Shown here: one piece after another, positions 1-10,108 of the stretch
Position numbering within the stretch: position 1 is the first letter of the stretch
Layout of the letters: each line of letters opens with the position of its first letter
IMG/VR virus record: IMGVR_UViG_2568526086_000004
Location: 1-36,154 of that record
Reading direction: 5' to 3' (one strand)
Length of the DNA: 36,154 nucleotides
DNA from: a virus
Taxonomy: Duplodnaviria; Heunggongvirae; Uroviricota; Caudoviricetes
Translations under genes and position numbers: made by a program
Notes under the pieces: model-generated
What the model saw: only the letters and a program-made list of their open reading frames with translations
Told to the model about the DNA's origin: nothing
The model's database searches: none

Positions 1-258
1 ATGCAAACCGTTATTTTTGGTCGTCCGGGTTGCCCTTACTGTGTGCGTGCAAAAGATCTGGCTGAGAAATTGAGCAATGAACGCGATGATTTTCAGTATC
101 AGTATGTTGATATTCGTGCGGAAGGGATCACTAAAGAAGATCTACAACAAAAGGCAGGTAAACCCGTAGAAACCGTGCCGCAGATTTTTGTCGATCAGCA
201 ACATATCGGCGGCTATACCGATTTTGCTGCATGGGTGAAAGAAAATCTGGACGCCTGA
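1..258 (+). CDS. grxA: Glutaredoxin 1
   Basis: 85-aa ORF with the CPYC active-site motif (GRPGCPYCVRAKDL); I recall it as near-identical to E. coli GrxA. It is followed by a hairpin terminator. Confidence 0.93.
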   Translation: MQTVIFGRPGCPYCVRAKDLAEKLSNERDDFQYQYVDIRAEGITKEDLQQKAGKPVETVPQIFVDQQHIGGYTDFAAWVKENLDA

Positions 259-268
259 TCGTCTGACA

Positions 269-301
269 AGCCCTCACGTTGAGGGCTTTACTGATTTTTT
301 C
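269..301 (+). terminator. Rho-independent terminator downstream of grxA
   Basis: Inverted repeat agccctca / tgagggct (269-276 and 280-287) with a 3-nt loop, followed by a T-run at 295-300. It overlaps the 3' end of convergent ybjM. Confidence 0.5.
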
Positions 302-665
302 TGTGCTGTGGTTTAAACAAACTACTGATAAATAAGAAACACAGTGCCCCCAGCGCACACCAGAACACCGCGCTTAGTAACCATGCCAGCTCTTGCCAGA
401 ATGAGCGGGTCGGTGAAAAAAACAGCCGCATAATAAGCATTGAACAGGGTGCCGCCAGCATTGCGCCAAACAGAGGTTTCAGGACTTCTCTACGCTGTGA
501 AAAGAAACTGGCAACTGCTCCAGGAAGAATGAAAAACAGCAAGCCGATTTCAGGATGCCCGGCAGCCCGAAAAGCGCCTTTCATGTGCGTCGCCAGAAAA
601 AGGCACACCACAATGAAGAGGACAAAACAGCAGATTGCCCCCGCCCAACGTTGTTTATGTTTCAC
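288..665 (-). CDS. ybjM: Inner membrane protein YbjM
   Basis: 125-aa hydrophobic multi-TM ORF, convergent with grxA. Length and position match E. coli ybjM as I recall it. Confidence 0.85.
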   Translation of the reverse strand: MKHKQRWAGAICCFVLFIVVCLFLATHMKGAFRAAGHPEIGLLFFILPGAVASFFSQRREVLKPLFGAMLAAPCSMLIMRLFFSPTRSFWQELAWLLSAVFWCALGALCFLFISSLFKPQHRKNQ

Positions 666-934
666 TCGTTCCTCCTGACACTGCGTCTATCGAACACATT
701 TTTCGCCAGTGTGGCGTTCAGTAAGATAAAGCCGCTTCGCATTCCATGCTAATATAGGCCAACGCAATTCATATAGCCGTTGATACCTAATGTGATTACA
801 CTAGTAAAATATATTGTTACTTTACTATCGTTTAGGTGCGCTGAATGAATCTGCGCCCTGAATTCTGGTAAAAAACATTATCGTAAATTACCATTTCTTT
901 CAACAGCTTACTAGTAAACAAGAAGTTAGCCTCC

Positions 935-2620
935 GTGAATATAAACGTCGCCGAATTGTTAAATGGGAATTACATTCTGTTATTATTTGTGGTCCTCGCG
1001 CTTGGGCTATGTCTCGGAAAGTTACGACTTGGTTCGATCCAACTGGGTAATTCCATTGGCGTTTTAGTCGTATCGCTGTTATTAGGCCAACATCATTTCA
1101 GCATTAACACCGATGCGCTTAATCTTGGCTTTATGCTGTTTATTTTCTGTGTTGGGGTTGAAGCCGGACCGAACTTTTTTTCCATTTTTTTTCGCGATGG
1201 GAAAAATTACCTAATGTTAGCACTGGTGATGGTTGGCAGTGCGCTGGTGATCGCCTTAGGGTTAGGTAAGCTGTTTGGCTGGGATATTGGCCTGACGGCC
1301 GGTATGTTAGCAGGCTCTATGACGTCGACACCGGTTCTGGTCGGTGCTGGCGATACACTGCGTCATTCCGGCATGGAAAGCAGGCAGCTCTCACTGGCAC
1401 TGGATAATCTGAGCCTCGGGTATGCCTTAACCTATTTAATCGGTCTGGTGAGTTTGATTGTTGGTGCGCGTTACTTGCCGAAATTGCAGCATCAGGACTT
1501 ACAGACCAGCGCCCAGCAAATCGCCCGCGAACGTGGCCTGGACACTGATGCCAACCGTAAGGTTTATTTACCGGTGATCCGCGCCTATCGCGTCGGCCCG
1601 GAGCTGGTGGCCTGGACCGACGGCAAAAATCTGCGTGAACTGGGTATTTATCGACAAACCGGCTGCTACATTGAACGTATTCGACGTAACGGGATTCTGG
1701 CAAATCCAGACGGTGATGCCGTGCTACAAATGGGCGATGAAATAGCGTTGGTAGGCTATCCCGACGCCCATGCCCGACTCGATCCCAGCTTCCGTAACGG
1801 TAAAGAAGTTTTCGATCGTGACCTTCTCGACATGCGTATCGTCACTGAAGAAGTGGTCGTTAAAAACCATAACGCTGTAGGTAAACGTCTCGCACAACTG
1901 AAGTTGACCGATCACGGTTGCTTCCTTAACCGCGTCATTCGTAGCCAGATTGAGATGCCGATAGATGACAACGTCGTGCTTAACAAAGGTGACGTTTTAC
2001 AAGTCAGCGGTGATGCCCGTCGCGTAAAAACCATCGCCGATCGCATCGGCTTTATCTCGATTCACAGCCAGGTCACTGACCTGCTGGCATTTTGCGCCTT
2101 CTTTGTTATTGGGCTGATGATCGGGATGATCACCTTCCAGTTCAGCACATTCAGTTTCGGCATGGGGAACGCTGCCGGGTTGTTATTCGCCGGAATTATG
2201 CTGGGCTTTATGCGTGCTAATCACCCGACCTTCGGTTACATTCCGCAAGGTGCATTAAGCATGGTGAAAGAGTTCGGCTTGATGGTGTTTATGGCAGGCG
2301 TTGGTCTGAGCGCCGGTAGCGGTATTAATAACGGCCTGGGCGCGATTGGCGGTCAGATGTTGATTGCCGGATTAATTGTCAGTCTTGTGCCCGTGGTTAT
2401 CTGTTTCTTGTTCGGTGCTTATGTATTGCGAATGAACCGCGCACTGTTGTTCGGCGCAATGATGGGCGCACGCACCTGCGCGCCGGCAATGGAGATCATC
2501 AGTGATACAGCTCGCAGTAACATCCCTGCGCTGGGCTATGCGGGCACCTACGCAATCGCCAACGTCCTGCTGACGCTGGCAGGGACAATCATCGTCATGG
2601 TATGGCCAGGATTAGGATAA
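935..2620 (+). CDS. ybjL: Putative AAE-family transporter YbjL with two RCK C-terminal (TrkA-C) domains
   Basis: 561-aa ORF with a GTG start (gtgaatataaac) and an N-terminus [16 protein letters not shown]. Membrane domains flank two soluble regulatory domains. Length matches E. coli YbjL. Confidence 0.92.
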   Translation: MNINVAELLNGNYILLLFVVLALGLCLGKLRLGSIQLGNSIGVLVVSLLLGQHHFSINTDALNLGFMLFIFCVGVEAGPNFFSIFFRDGKNYLMLALVMVGSALVIALGLGKLFGWDIGLTAGMLAGSMTSTPVLVGAGDTLRHSGMESRQLSLALDNLSLGYALTYLIGLVSLIVGARYLPKLQHQDLQTSAQQIARERGLDTDANRKVYLPVIRAYRVGPELVAWTDGKNLRELGIYRQTGCYIERIRRNGILANPDGDAVLQMGDEIALVGYPDAHARLDPSFRNGKEVFDRDLLDMRIVTEEVVVKNHNAVGKRLAQLKLTDHGCFLNRVIRSQIEMPIDDNVVLNKGDVLQVSGDARRVKTIADRIGFISIHSQVTDLLAFCAFFVIGLMIGMITFQFSTFSFGMGNAAGLLFAGIMLGFMRANHPTFGYIPQGALSMVKEFGLMVFMAGVGLSAGSGINNGLGAIGGQMLIAGLIVSLVPVVICFLFGAYVLRMNRALLFGAMMGARTCAPAMEIISDTARSNIPALGYAGTYAIANVLLTLAGTIIVMVWPGLG

Positions 2621-2732
2621 AACTGAAGTTGCCCTGAAAATGAAATTTTTTTGCACAACCGCAGAACTTTTCCGCAGGGCATCAGTCTTAATTAGTGCCA
2701 CTGCTTTTCTTTGATGTCCCCATTTTGTGGAG

Positions 2733-2776
2733 CCCATCAACCCCGCCATTTCGGTTCAAGGTTGATGGGTTTTTTG
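2733..2776 (+). terminator. Hairpin plus T-run in the ybjL-prophage junction
   Basis: cccatcaacc (2733-2742) pairs with ggttgatggg (2760-2769), followed by tttttt (2770-2775). The loop is long at 17 nt, so confidence is modest. It may be the ybjL terminator or part of the attachment region. Confidence 0.4.
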
Positions 2777-2855
2777 TTGCCTGAAATTTAAGCTGTTTAA
2801 AATCATGATGTTAGAAGCACTGTTTTTTAACGATGGCGACAAAATGGCGGCAGCG

Positions 2856-3074
2856 TCAAAGAGAGAGCGCCACCTGTCCTGATTTCATTGGATGCGGCTG
2901 AACCGGATTTGACTCTTTTGGCGTTGCAATCGAACGAACAAAAGTTTCATGGGTAACAAAAGTATGGCTGCAGTTAATGTTCTGGCACTGGTTGTAACGC
3001 TCTTTGGTCAATGAAGATACCTGAAAACTGCTGCGAGTATGGGCGGCACTTCCACACAGTGGGCAAATCATCAT
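2856..3074 (-). CDS. ogr: Ogr/Delta-family zinc-finger late gene activator
   Basis: ORF containing CPLCGSAAHTRSS...CQNINCSHTF, matching the Cys4 zinc finger of P2 Ogr. I chose an internal Met start (MMICPLCG) by alignment to the Ogr N-terminus; the ORF track extends to 3107. Confidence 0.85.
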   Translation of the reverse strand: MMICPLCGSAAHTRSSFQVSSLTKERYNQCQNINCSHTFVTHETFVRSIATPKESNPVQPHPMKSGQVALSL

Positions 3075-3164
3075 TTTTCGAGCTCTCCCCATTTTTGCTA
3101 AATTCACAATAATGATACCGCATTATTCTATTTTACAAACTTAAAAGTTCTCCATTGCGAAGAA

Positions 3165-4265
3165 TCATTCCATTTCGAAATCATCAATCCTCACTTCAAG
3201 CTCCAGACTGGTCGTAAAACCGTTATCCGGGCTGACGGTATGCGTCAGAGTCGTAATGGTCCATTCCGCATCATCTATCGGCTGTTTAAAGCCACTGACT
3301 TTCACTGGCATTTCCGTGTAGAGATCTGCCCGCCCTTCCGCCAGTTGTAGCGAGAATGACGCAACGCCGCGTTGCAGGCGTTCCCACTGCATTTTCGCTG
3401 CCCGTTCGGCGTTACTCCGATTAGCATAGGTGCGATTAAGTACCAGCACGTTTTCATCCGTACCCACCAGGTAATCGCCCTGCTTCGCTTCCGGCTCTTT
3501 CTTCTGCTTCTTAGTCCTGCGCTTACGCTTCACCGTGGTGCTTTCTTTCTTCGCGGGTTCGCGGGTATGCAACCAACTGGCAATTACGCCCGTGTAGGCT
3601 CCGCGATCTGCCAGGGTAAAGCGGTGACTGTCGCCGTCCTTGCGTGTGATAGTGATCACCGGCAGTGGTTTACCAGTGGCGCTTTTGCCCTGCCCCTGCC
3701 GGATGAATAACAGATTGCCATTTTTCACCGACGCGATGGCACCGTACTGTCGCGCCAGCCGCATCAGAAAACTACCGTCACTCTCATTAGTCTGGTCTAT
3801 ATGCTCTACGAGCTTATCCGACAGGTCTTTACCCAGTGCCATCTTCAGCTTATGCCGCGAGGCTATTTCCTTCACCACTTCCCCGACGGTGGTCTTATGC
3901 CACGATTTTTCACGGCGGGTATTCAGCGTTTCCCGAAAATCAGCACTTCGCGCCCGGATAGTCAGGCGGTCCGGTGCGCCAGTGTGTTCAATCTCGTCCA
4001 CCGTGAATGCCCCTTTCGGGAAAAGCGGCTGCCCCTTCCAGCCCAGCGCCAGCGTAATGACAGCACCACGGCGCGGCAGCGCTATTTTTCCATCGGCGTC
4101 GTCCAGCTCCAGATCAAGCTGGTCCGCTTCAAAGCCCCGGTTATCCGTCAGCGTCAGCCTCATCAGGCGGTTATCCAGCACAGTGGTGATATCCCTGCCC
4201 TCAATACTGATGCTGAATGCGGGAGTTTTGTTACCTTTGTTAAGCAGTTCAGAGCTGAAATTCAC
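3165..4265 (-). CDS. D: Tail protein gpD (late control gene D)
   Basis: 366-aa ORF at the end of the tail operon after U. The N-terminus MNFSSELLNKGNKTPAF and the Lys/Arg-rich internal segment fit P2 gpD. Synteny D-U-T-E-FII-FI. Confidence 0.88.
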   Translation of the reverse strand: MNFSSELLNKGNKTPAFSISIEGRDITTVLDNRLMRLTLTDNRGFEADQLDLELDDADGKIALPRRGAVITLALGWKGQPLFPKGAFTVDEIEHTGAPDRLTIRARSADFRETLNTRREKSWHKTTVGEVVKEIASRHKLKMALGKDLSDKLVEHIDQTNESDGSFLMRLARQYGAIASVKNGNLLFIRQGQGKSATGKPLPVITITRKDGDSHRFTLADRGAYTGVIASWLHTREPAKKESTTVKRKRRTKKQKKEPEAKQGDYLVGTDENVLVLNRTYANRSNAERAAKMQWERLQRGVASFSLQLAEGRADLYTEMPVKVSGFKQPIDDAEWTITTLTHTVSPDNGFTTSLELEVRIDDFEME

Positions 4266-4747
4266 GACAGCAGCCCTCCCACAGTTTTACTGATATCGCT
4301 TAATGCAGATGTTGCCGTGTCCTGCAGCTTATTCAGCTGCGAATTGAGATCACCGAACATATCGGACAGGGATTCATCCACCCGTTTGAGCGACAGGGTG
4401 AACTCAATCCGGCGCGGCATACCGTCGCGGAAAAACTCCGTTTTAGTCTGATTCAGTCCCTCAATCACATACATGCCGTAAATCGTGCCGCTACCTTCAA
4501 TCAGGGGCCATGCTTTCCCCTGTTCTGCCATCTGCTCCAGAGCCAGCAACGACAGCCTGCCGCCTGTTATCTCCGGCATAAGAACACCGGAAAGCGTCAG
4601 CATGTCGTTGTCCGGTCCCAGAAACTGCGTGGACGGACGACGGTTTACCCGGCTGTTTGCCGCATGTCGCCAGCTGCGTTGATACTGCAGTTCCTGATAC
4701 GGAACGGTGCGCAGCATAAACACGTACAATCCCAGCACCATCATCAT
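4262..4747 (-). CDS. U: Tail protein gpU
   Basis: 161-aa ORF whose start overlaps the T stop by 4 bp and whose stop overlaps the D start. Position and size fit P2 gpU. Confidence 0.85.
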   Translation of the reverse strand: MMMVLGLYVFMLRTVPYQELQYQRSWRHAANSRVNRRPSTQFLGPDNDMLTLSGVLMPEITGGRLSLLALEQMAEQGKAWPLIEGSGTIYGMYVIEGLNQTKTEFFRDGMPRRIEFTLSLKRVDESLSDMFGDLNSQLNKLQDTATSALSDISKTVGGLLS

Positions 4748-7700
4748 GCGTCGTATCCCCCCTGATCGCTGTAGTTACTCCTGGCTTTTGCCTTCAGCCT
4801 GCGTTCACGTTCATCAAGCTGGCGTGCCACCTCCCGCGCAATATCCTGCGCACTTTGTCCTGGCTGCGTCTGAATGATGATCTGCGTCGGTGCCTCAATC
4901 CGGTGAACGGGCGGCACAGTGGCTGCACGACTCACCATCGCTTCGCCGCCTTTCGCGGGAAGTGCCAAAGGATGCAACGGTGGAAGCTCTGCAGGCGCGG
5001 CAGCAACGCCCATCATTCCGGCAACAACGGCAGCCAGTGCAGCTGTATTTCTCCGGCTGGTCACATTTGCCGGGCCGTTAACAATTTCCGGCCCGTTTTC
5101 ACCGACGATGCCAAACTGCCCGCGCGGGATATACCCGCCGCTGTCATACATCCCCGCAAAGCCATATCCCCATGATGGAAAACCACCCGATGGCATCATC
5201 ACTTTACCGTCTGCATTCACCGTCGCAGGTTGCTGACGCGTCACGCTTTCCGGCAGTTTTGCCTTTGCGGCCTCTTTACTGACAATGCCGAGCTTCTCCA
5301 GCAACCAGGAAACGCCGGATTTCAGGGAGTCCAGCGGATGCATGACCATATTCAGCCCTTCCGCCAGTGCCTCCCCGAATCGCCGCCCCATTGCCGCTGC
5401 ACTCTGCAGTTCGGCAGAGGTCGACTTAACGGGCGTCAGCAGATCAGTAAACCAGCCCCACAGCGCCTGTACTTTGTCGCCAATCCACTGAAACACAGGC
5501 TTAAGTGGTTCGAATGCAGCACTGATGGGACCTGCCGCCGCTTTGAATCCTTCCACCACGCCACCGAGAAATGCGGTGATGGGTTGCCAGTATTTCCAGA
5601 CAACCAGCGCCACGCCCGCCAGTGCAGTAACCACAAGACCTATCGGACTGAGCAGAGCACCTAACAGACCAGATATGGCATACAGGGCAACGCGCAGCAT
5701 CGCCAGCGGACCAGATGCAAGCACACGAAGCACCGCGCCTACGGCAGCCAGTCCACCGCGCAGTACCGCCAGAGGATTCATAAACATCACAGCAACAGCA
5801 TGTAAAGCGGATAATCCAGACCGCAATAGTGCAACCGGCGCACCTGCTACAGTTTTCAGGACATTTCCCGTCAGTGATGCCGTACGGCGCAAAGACGACA
5901 ACGGCGCAGTAAGTAAACCCGCTGCGTTACCCGATGAAGCAAGCCCGCGTCGCAGCACTGCCAGTGGAGCGCCAGCCAGCCAGGACAACGCGCTGCTAGT
6001 TCGTGTTACTGCTGCCGTAACGGAAGGTAACGTTTTGATGCCCAGCACAGAGAATCCCAGACGGATGACTGCCAGCGGCCCCAGCACTGCAGCCAGCGCC
6101 ACAGCCAAGGTGCCGAGGCCTACGGTAACCGCAGCCACAATAGCGGCTACTTTCATCAGTGTGCCCGTCAGTTCCGGGTTAGCTTCCACCCAGCGACGCA
6201 ACGCTCCCGTAACGCTTTTCACCGTGTACAGAATATCCATCAGCGGCTGGCGCAGCGTTTCGCCCAGGCTGCTGAAGGTATTCTGCGCTCCGGTTTTAAC
6301 CAGCAACCACTGAGCAGAAAGTGAGTCCTTGTTGATGTCGGATTCTTTCTGCATGGAACCGAGCGCATCATTGCCCGCTGTCAGTTTTAGCTGGCGCTGT
6401 AGTTCCGGCAGGTTGTTTGCCAGTTTCGCCGCGTCATCGCCAAACTCTTTACCAAACAACATGGTCATGGCAGACAGACGCTTGTCCTGCGGCAGTGCGT
6501 TCACCTTCTCCAGCACACGCTGGATAGTTCCCATCGCATCCTTCGTCATCTGCTTTTCAATCACTTCAGGATTGAGTTTCAGCAGATTCATCCCTTCAAA
6601 GAAACTCTTGCTTTGCATGGTGGCAATGGACAATTCACGCACCATCGCGTTTGCTGCACTGGCTGCAACCTCCGGCGCAGCGCCCAGTGTCAGAAAGGTG
6701 GAACCCAGTGCCGCCGCTTTACGATAATCCAGACGGTCAGCCACACCGCCCAGACGTTGCATCACATCAATGATGTCCGCCCCTTTCGACATGGCGTTAT
6801 CATCCAGATAGTTCAGCGCATCGCCGAGCTGTTCAATATTGCGGGTAGGTATTTTGTAGAGCTGGGCGATTTTCCCCAGACTTTCTGACAGTTCATCCGC
6901 TGGCAGCTCAAAGGCTGTTGCCGCCTTTGCTGCCGTACTGGCGAAGGCCAGCAGGTCACGTTTCTGGTCTTCCCAGCTGTCGTCAGGGTCTGCGACGTTC
7001 ATGCGCGCACCACCTTCAACCAGTGCAGCGAAGTCCACCGCACCGTTTTCCATCGGCAACTGTTCGCTGGCAGCCTTGATGGCATCCTGCATTTCATAAA
7101 AACGTGCAGTACGGTTTCCATTATCGTCACGCAGACCATTGACCTGCTTTGCCACACCTTTCATGGCATCTTCCATGCTGGTATAGCTTTTTACTGCCGC
7201 CATCACTGGCGTCCCCATTGCCAGCCCTGCAGCCGTGGTAGTGGCTCCGGCTCCTGCAATACGATCGCGCACCTCCAGCGAACGGGCATAACTGGCACGC
7301 GCCGCATTCATCCTGCGCTGAGCTTCACCCAGTCGCTTCAGCCGCGCCTCCTGTTTCGACAATTCCTGGTTATAACGTGATGTTTCACGGGCTAAACGGG
7401 CAGTTGCTCCCGCATCATCTTTCGCAGAAATTCCCGTCCGGTACAGTTCTGCACGCACAAGCGCCGTTTGCTTCTGCAAATATTTTTGTTGTTCTTCCAG
7501 GCGTTGGACTGCCAGCGTTTGCCGACCTAAAGCCACAAGGTGCCGTTGTGATGGTTGTTCCATCGCTTCCAGCTCAGAACTAAGCAAATTTGCCTTCTGT
7601 CTGGCATAGTTCAGCCTGTCGCCTAACTTCTTGTTATCGGCCTGCAGCTTGCGAAATTTTTCCAAGCTGTTACCCGCCTGATTGAGTTGCTTTAATGCGT

Positions 7701-7821
7701 CACGGGAGTTTCTGATTGCGCCAGCCAGCTCTTTCGAACTGGCCTGTGCAGCACGGAATGGGCGGGTGAGTTTGTCAACCGCATTAAGAATGACCTGCAG
7801 GCGCAGGTTGTTATCACTCAT
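4744..7821 (-). CDS. T: Tail tape measure protein gpT
   Basis: 1025-aa ORF with a coiled-coil-rich N-terminal half, Ala/Gly-rich hydrophobic repeats in the middle and a C-terminal domain. It sits immediately downstream of E/E'. Confidence 0.9.
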   Translation of the reverse strand: MSDNNLRLQVILNAVDKLTRPFRAAQASSKELAGAIRNSRDALKQLNQAGNSLEKFRKLQADNKKLGDRLNYARQKANLLSSELEAMEQPSQRHLVALGRQTLAVQRLEEQQKYLQKQTALVRAELYRTGISAKDDAGATARLARETSRYNQELSKQEARLKRLGEAQRRMNAARASYARSLEVRDRIAGAGATTTAAGLAMGTPVMAAVKSYTSMEDAMKGVAKQVNGLRDDNGNRTARFYEMQDAIKAASEQLPMENGAVDFAALVEGGARMNVADPDDSWEDQKRDLLAFASTAAKAATAFELPADELSESLGKIAQLYKIPTRNIEQLGDALNYLDDNAMSKGADIIDVMQRLGGVADRLDYRKAAALGSTFLTLGAAPEVAASAANAMVRELSIATMQSKSFFEGMNLLKLNPEVIEKQMTKDAMGTIQRVLEKVNALPQDKRLSAMTMLFGKEFGDDAAKLANNLPELQRQLKLTAGNDALGSMQKESDINKDSLSAQWLLVKTGAQNTFSSLGETLRQPLMDILYTVKSVTGALRRWVEANPELTGTLMKVAAIVAAVTVGLGTLAVALAAVLGPLAVIRLGFSVLGIKTLPSVTAAVTRTSSALSWLAGAPLAVLRRGLASSGNAAGLLTAPLSSLRRTASLTGNVLKTVAGAPVALLRSGLSALHAVAVMFMNPLAVLRGGLAAVGAVLRVLASGPLAMLRVALYAISGLLGALLSPIGLVVTALAGVALVVWKYWQPITAFLGGVVEGFKAAAGPISAAFEPLKPVFQWIGDKVQALWGWFTDLLTPVKSTSAELQSAAAMGRRFGEALAEGLNMVMHPLDSLKSGVSWLLEKLGIVSKEAAKAKLPESVTRQQPATVNADGKVMMPSGGFPSWGYGFAGMYDSGGYIPRGQFGIVGENGPEIVNGPANVTSRRNTAALAAVVAGMMGVAAAPAELPPLHPLALPAKGGEAMVSRAATVPPVHRIEAPTQIIIQTQPGQSAQDIAREVARQLDERERRLKAKARSNYSDQGGYDA

Positions 7822-8250
7822 CGTTGGCCCCGCTTCTCTGAATCGCTTTATACCGCCATTCCAGCACTTCGGTCAGCGGCATAACGTCAGTAACGGATGG
7901 CGGCCAGTGAAAAATGGTGGCGATATCTGCTACCAGATCGTCAACCGTCAGGCTGTCGGTAAACCGGCAAGCACCGACTTCTTCAACAAAAAAGTGACAA
8001 CCTCAACCGACATGGCAGTGAGATCTGCCGGGTCCATCTCTGCAATTTCCTGTGCGGTCAGTGCCGGGCTGGAGATGCGGGGGATCACGGTAATCATCGC
8101 GTTCACATCCATATCCATAATGGCCTGCAGGCGTGTACCGCGCAGCGCACCGGACTGCGGTTTACGCAGCACAATTTCGGTGATTTCCGTTTTACCGCGC
8201 TTGATAGGGGTATCCAGTTGAATGGTCTTTTCAGTCTGCTTATCACTCAT
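7814..8250 (-). CDS. E+E': gpE+E' fusion made by programmed -1 ribosomal frameshift
   Basis: Reading by hand from the slippery site in the -1 frame gives about 57 open codons (FFVEEVGACRFTDSLTVDDLVADIATIFHWPPSVTDVMPLTEVLEWRYKAIQRSGANDE), ending in a TGA that overlaps the ATG of T. This matches the known P2 E/E' arrangement. Confidence 0.7.
7948..8250 (-). CDS. E: Tail assembly chaperone gpE (0-frame product)
   Basis: 100-aa ORF between FII and T. It contains the slippery heptamer T TTT TTG near its 3' end (plus-strand caaaaaa at 7987-7993). Confidence 0.85.
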   Translation of the reverse strand: MSDKQTEKTIQLDTPIKRGKTEITEIVLRKPQSGALRGTRLQAIMDMDVNAMITVIPRISSPALTAQEIAEMDPADLTAMSVEVVTFLLKKSVLAGLPTA

Positions 8251-8304
8251 TTTTCTGTCCTGTAAATTGGGTTCTGGCGCGGCATTCCGCGCCGTTCAGA
8301 TACA

Positions 8305-8820
8305 TCAGAGGCCGAGGGCGTTGCGGTGCGCTTCCATCAGGTCCACACCGTCCACAATTTCCACCATGTTGATAAGGTCCACTTCATAGAGCACCTCACC
8401 ATTGATAGTCAGCTTCGCGTAACTGTTGGTACTGGTCACTTTGGTGGTGTTGCTTTCGCCCGTCTTCCACTCACCGGAGTCCACTTCTTTGTGACGTCCA
8501 CGCACCACAAGCTCCACGGCCTGTACTTCCCCGGTATCATCACGCTGGATAGAGCCGGTAAAGCGCAACTGGATGCCATCCACCGTGGCTTTGCCCATCT
8601 GTTTAAACAGCAGCAGTTCAGTACCACCAATGGAAAACTCTGTGTCCAGAGCACTGTCATCAAGCCCCAGATCCACATCCACTGCACCCGGCATTCCGCC
8701 GCCGCGATACTTCTCATATTTGCGGGTGAATTTCGGCAGCGTCAGCGACTCTACGATCCCCTGCCAGTTGTTCCCGTCGTTAAACAGGTTCAGATGTTTT
8801 AATTTGCGTGGTAAAGCCAT
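8305..8820 (-). CDS. FII: Tail tube protein gpFII
   Basis: 171-aa ORF directly downstream of the sheath gene. Size and position fit P2 FII. Confidence 0.88.
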   Translation of the reverse strand: MALPRKLKHLNLFNDGNNWQGIVESLTLPKFTRKYEKYRGGGMPGAVDVDLGLDDSALDTEFSIGGTELLLFKQMGKATVDGIQLRFTGSIQRDDTGEVQAVELVVRGRHKEVDSGEWKTGESNTTKVTSTNSYAKLTINGEVLYEVDLINMVEIVDGVDLMEAHRNALGL

Positions 8821-8829
8821 GTTGTCCCC

Positions 8830-10002
8830 TTACGCGCTGACCTGGCTGGCAAAATTCACCAGGTACTGATCGGTGATGCGCTGGCGCAGCATCAGATTTT
8901 CAAGTGGCGGCACTGGTGTGTAGTCGTAGTCGATGGTGAGTTTTCCAGCTTTCAGAGTGTCTTTGTCGTTCACCGACTCATCCAGCCAGCAATCGCCACC
9001 AATGAGATAGCCCTGACTGATCAGGCTGCGCATTTTGGCGCGGATACCTTCGATAATGTCGCGGGCCAGCGACGGATTCAGCGGTTTATCGACCGCCCAC
9101 ATTGGCGCTTCTGCCATCGTGTCCATCAGCACCTGCGCCGTGCGGGTGTAGTTTTCGAAGGCAAAGAGTGGGTCATCACTCAGGCAGCGGGAACCCCAGA
9201 AGCGAAAGCCGTCTTTGCGGATAAGTGTGGTAACATCGTTCTGGTTAAGCAGTCCCGCATCAGTTGCCGGGTCCTGCAGATCCCAGAACACATCAGCAGA
9301 AATTCCGGTGACACCGTTCACGCCCACGTTGGACAGGCTTTTGTGCCACCCTGTCTGCTCATCAATTTTGGCACGCAGACCAAGCGCACGGGCGGTGGCA
9401 TATGCCGTTGCGTCGGCATTCAGCACCGTGTCCCAGCCAGTAAAGTCAGGCCAGATCAGCATCCCTTCACGCTGACTGAAGTTTTCACGGTAAGTGATCG
9501 CCTCCTGCACCGTCTTGCAGCCATACGCTGACAGGTAAGCAAACCCACGCAGGCTTTGCGCCACGCCCAGCAACTCAGTAGCAACGGCTTTATTATCGTG
9601 CCCCGGCACGCCGAGGATGCGCGGTTTAACACCGAGCTGTGACTGGGCAGATAACAGGGCTTTCATACCAGTTTTTTTACCTTCAGCAGTCACTGCGCCG
9701 ATGATATTGGTCGTGGTTTCTTCTTCCGTTTCACCCTGCGGCACACGCACAACAACGGTCACGGGTTTTGCCTGGTCAGCGATGGCATCCAGCGAGCGGG
9801 CCAGCGTACCGGATTCACCCGCCTTACCGCTGGCAGTAAGCACATCAGTGATCAGCACGGGTTTATTAAGAGGGAACATTTTTGCATCGGCATCATCGCC
9901 CGTGCAGACCATGCCCACGATGGCGGTGCTCACCGTGGTAATGGATCGAGTGCCTTCGCTGACTTCAACAACGCGCACTCCGTGGTGGTAATCCTGAGCC
10001 AT
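8830..10002 (-). CDS. FI: Contractile tail sheath protein gpFI
   Basis: 390-aa ORF with N-terminus [14 protein letters not shown], typical of myovirus sheath proteins. It is the first gene of the F operon, downstream of a TGT-N12-ACA dyad. Confidence 0.9.
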   Translation of the reverse strand: MAQDYHHGVRVVEVSEGTRSITTVSTAIVGMVCTGDDADAKMFPLNKPVLITDVLTASGKAGESGTLARSLDAIADQAKPVTVVVRVPQGETEEETTTNIIGAVTAEGKKTGMKALLSAQSQLGVKPRILGVPGHDNKAVATELLGVAQSLRGFAYLSAYGCKTVQEAITYRENFSQREGMLIWPDFTGWDTVLNADATAYATARALGLRAKIDEQTGWHKSLSNVGVNGVTGISADVFWDLQDPATDAGLLNQNDVTTLIRKDGFRFWGSRCLSDDPLFAFENYTRTAQVLMDTMAEAPMWAVDKPLNPSLARDIIEGIRAKMRSLISQGYLIGGDCWLDESVNDKDTLKAGKLTIDYDYTPVPPLENLMLRQRITDQYLVNFASQVSA

Positions 10003-10078
10003 AGTGGCGAACCTCCTGATTGGATTAGGCTTCGCCCTATGTTGAAGTGATTGTGTCTGACAAGCAGCTAAGCGCAGT

Positions 10079-10096
10079 TGTACCGTTATTCACACA
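10079..10096. promoter_or_regulatory. Candidate Ogr-dependent late promoter element (PF), TGT-N12-ACA dyad
   Basis: ttgTGTaccgttattcacACAaa lies about 85 bp upstream of the FI start. The same motif recurs upstream of V and in the O/P divergent region. Confidence 0.55.
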
Positions 10097-10108
10097 AAAT
10101 GACGGTAT

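Noticed and set aside
1317-1703. 128-aa minus-strand ORF
   Set aside because: It lies inside and antisense to the well-supported host gene ybjL. Arg/Pro-rich shadow ORF.
3640-4451. Two overlapping plus-strand ORFs of 217 and 216 aa
   Set aside because: They are antisense to tail gene D and U, which have strong synteny and protein-level support. Ser/Arg-rich composition is typical of shadow ORFs.
5525-6313. 262-aa plus-strand ORF (Ala/Pro/Ser/Thr-rich), with several other plus-strand ORFs between 4855 and 7583
   Set aside because: They lie antisense within the tape measure gene T. The low-complexity composition is typical of spurious open frames opposite GC-rich coding DNA, and there is no operon context.
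10003-10108. Possible cargo insertion at the G-FI junction (the Z/fun position of P2)
   Set aside because: The gap is only about 105 bp and holds a late-promoter dyad, with no ORF. This hotspot is empty in this prophage.
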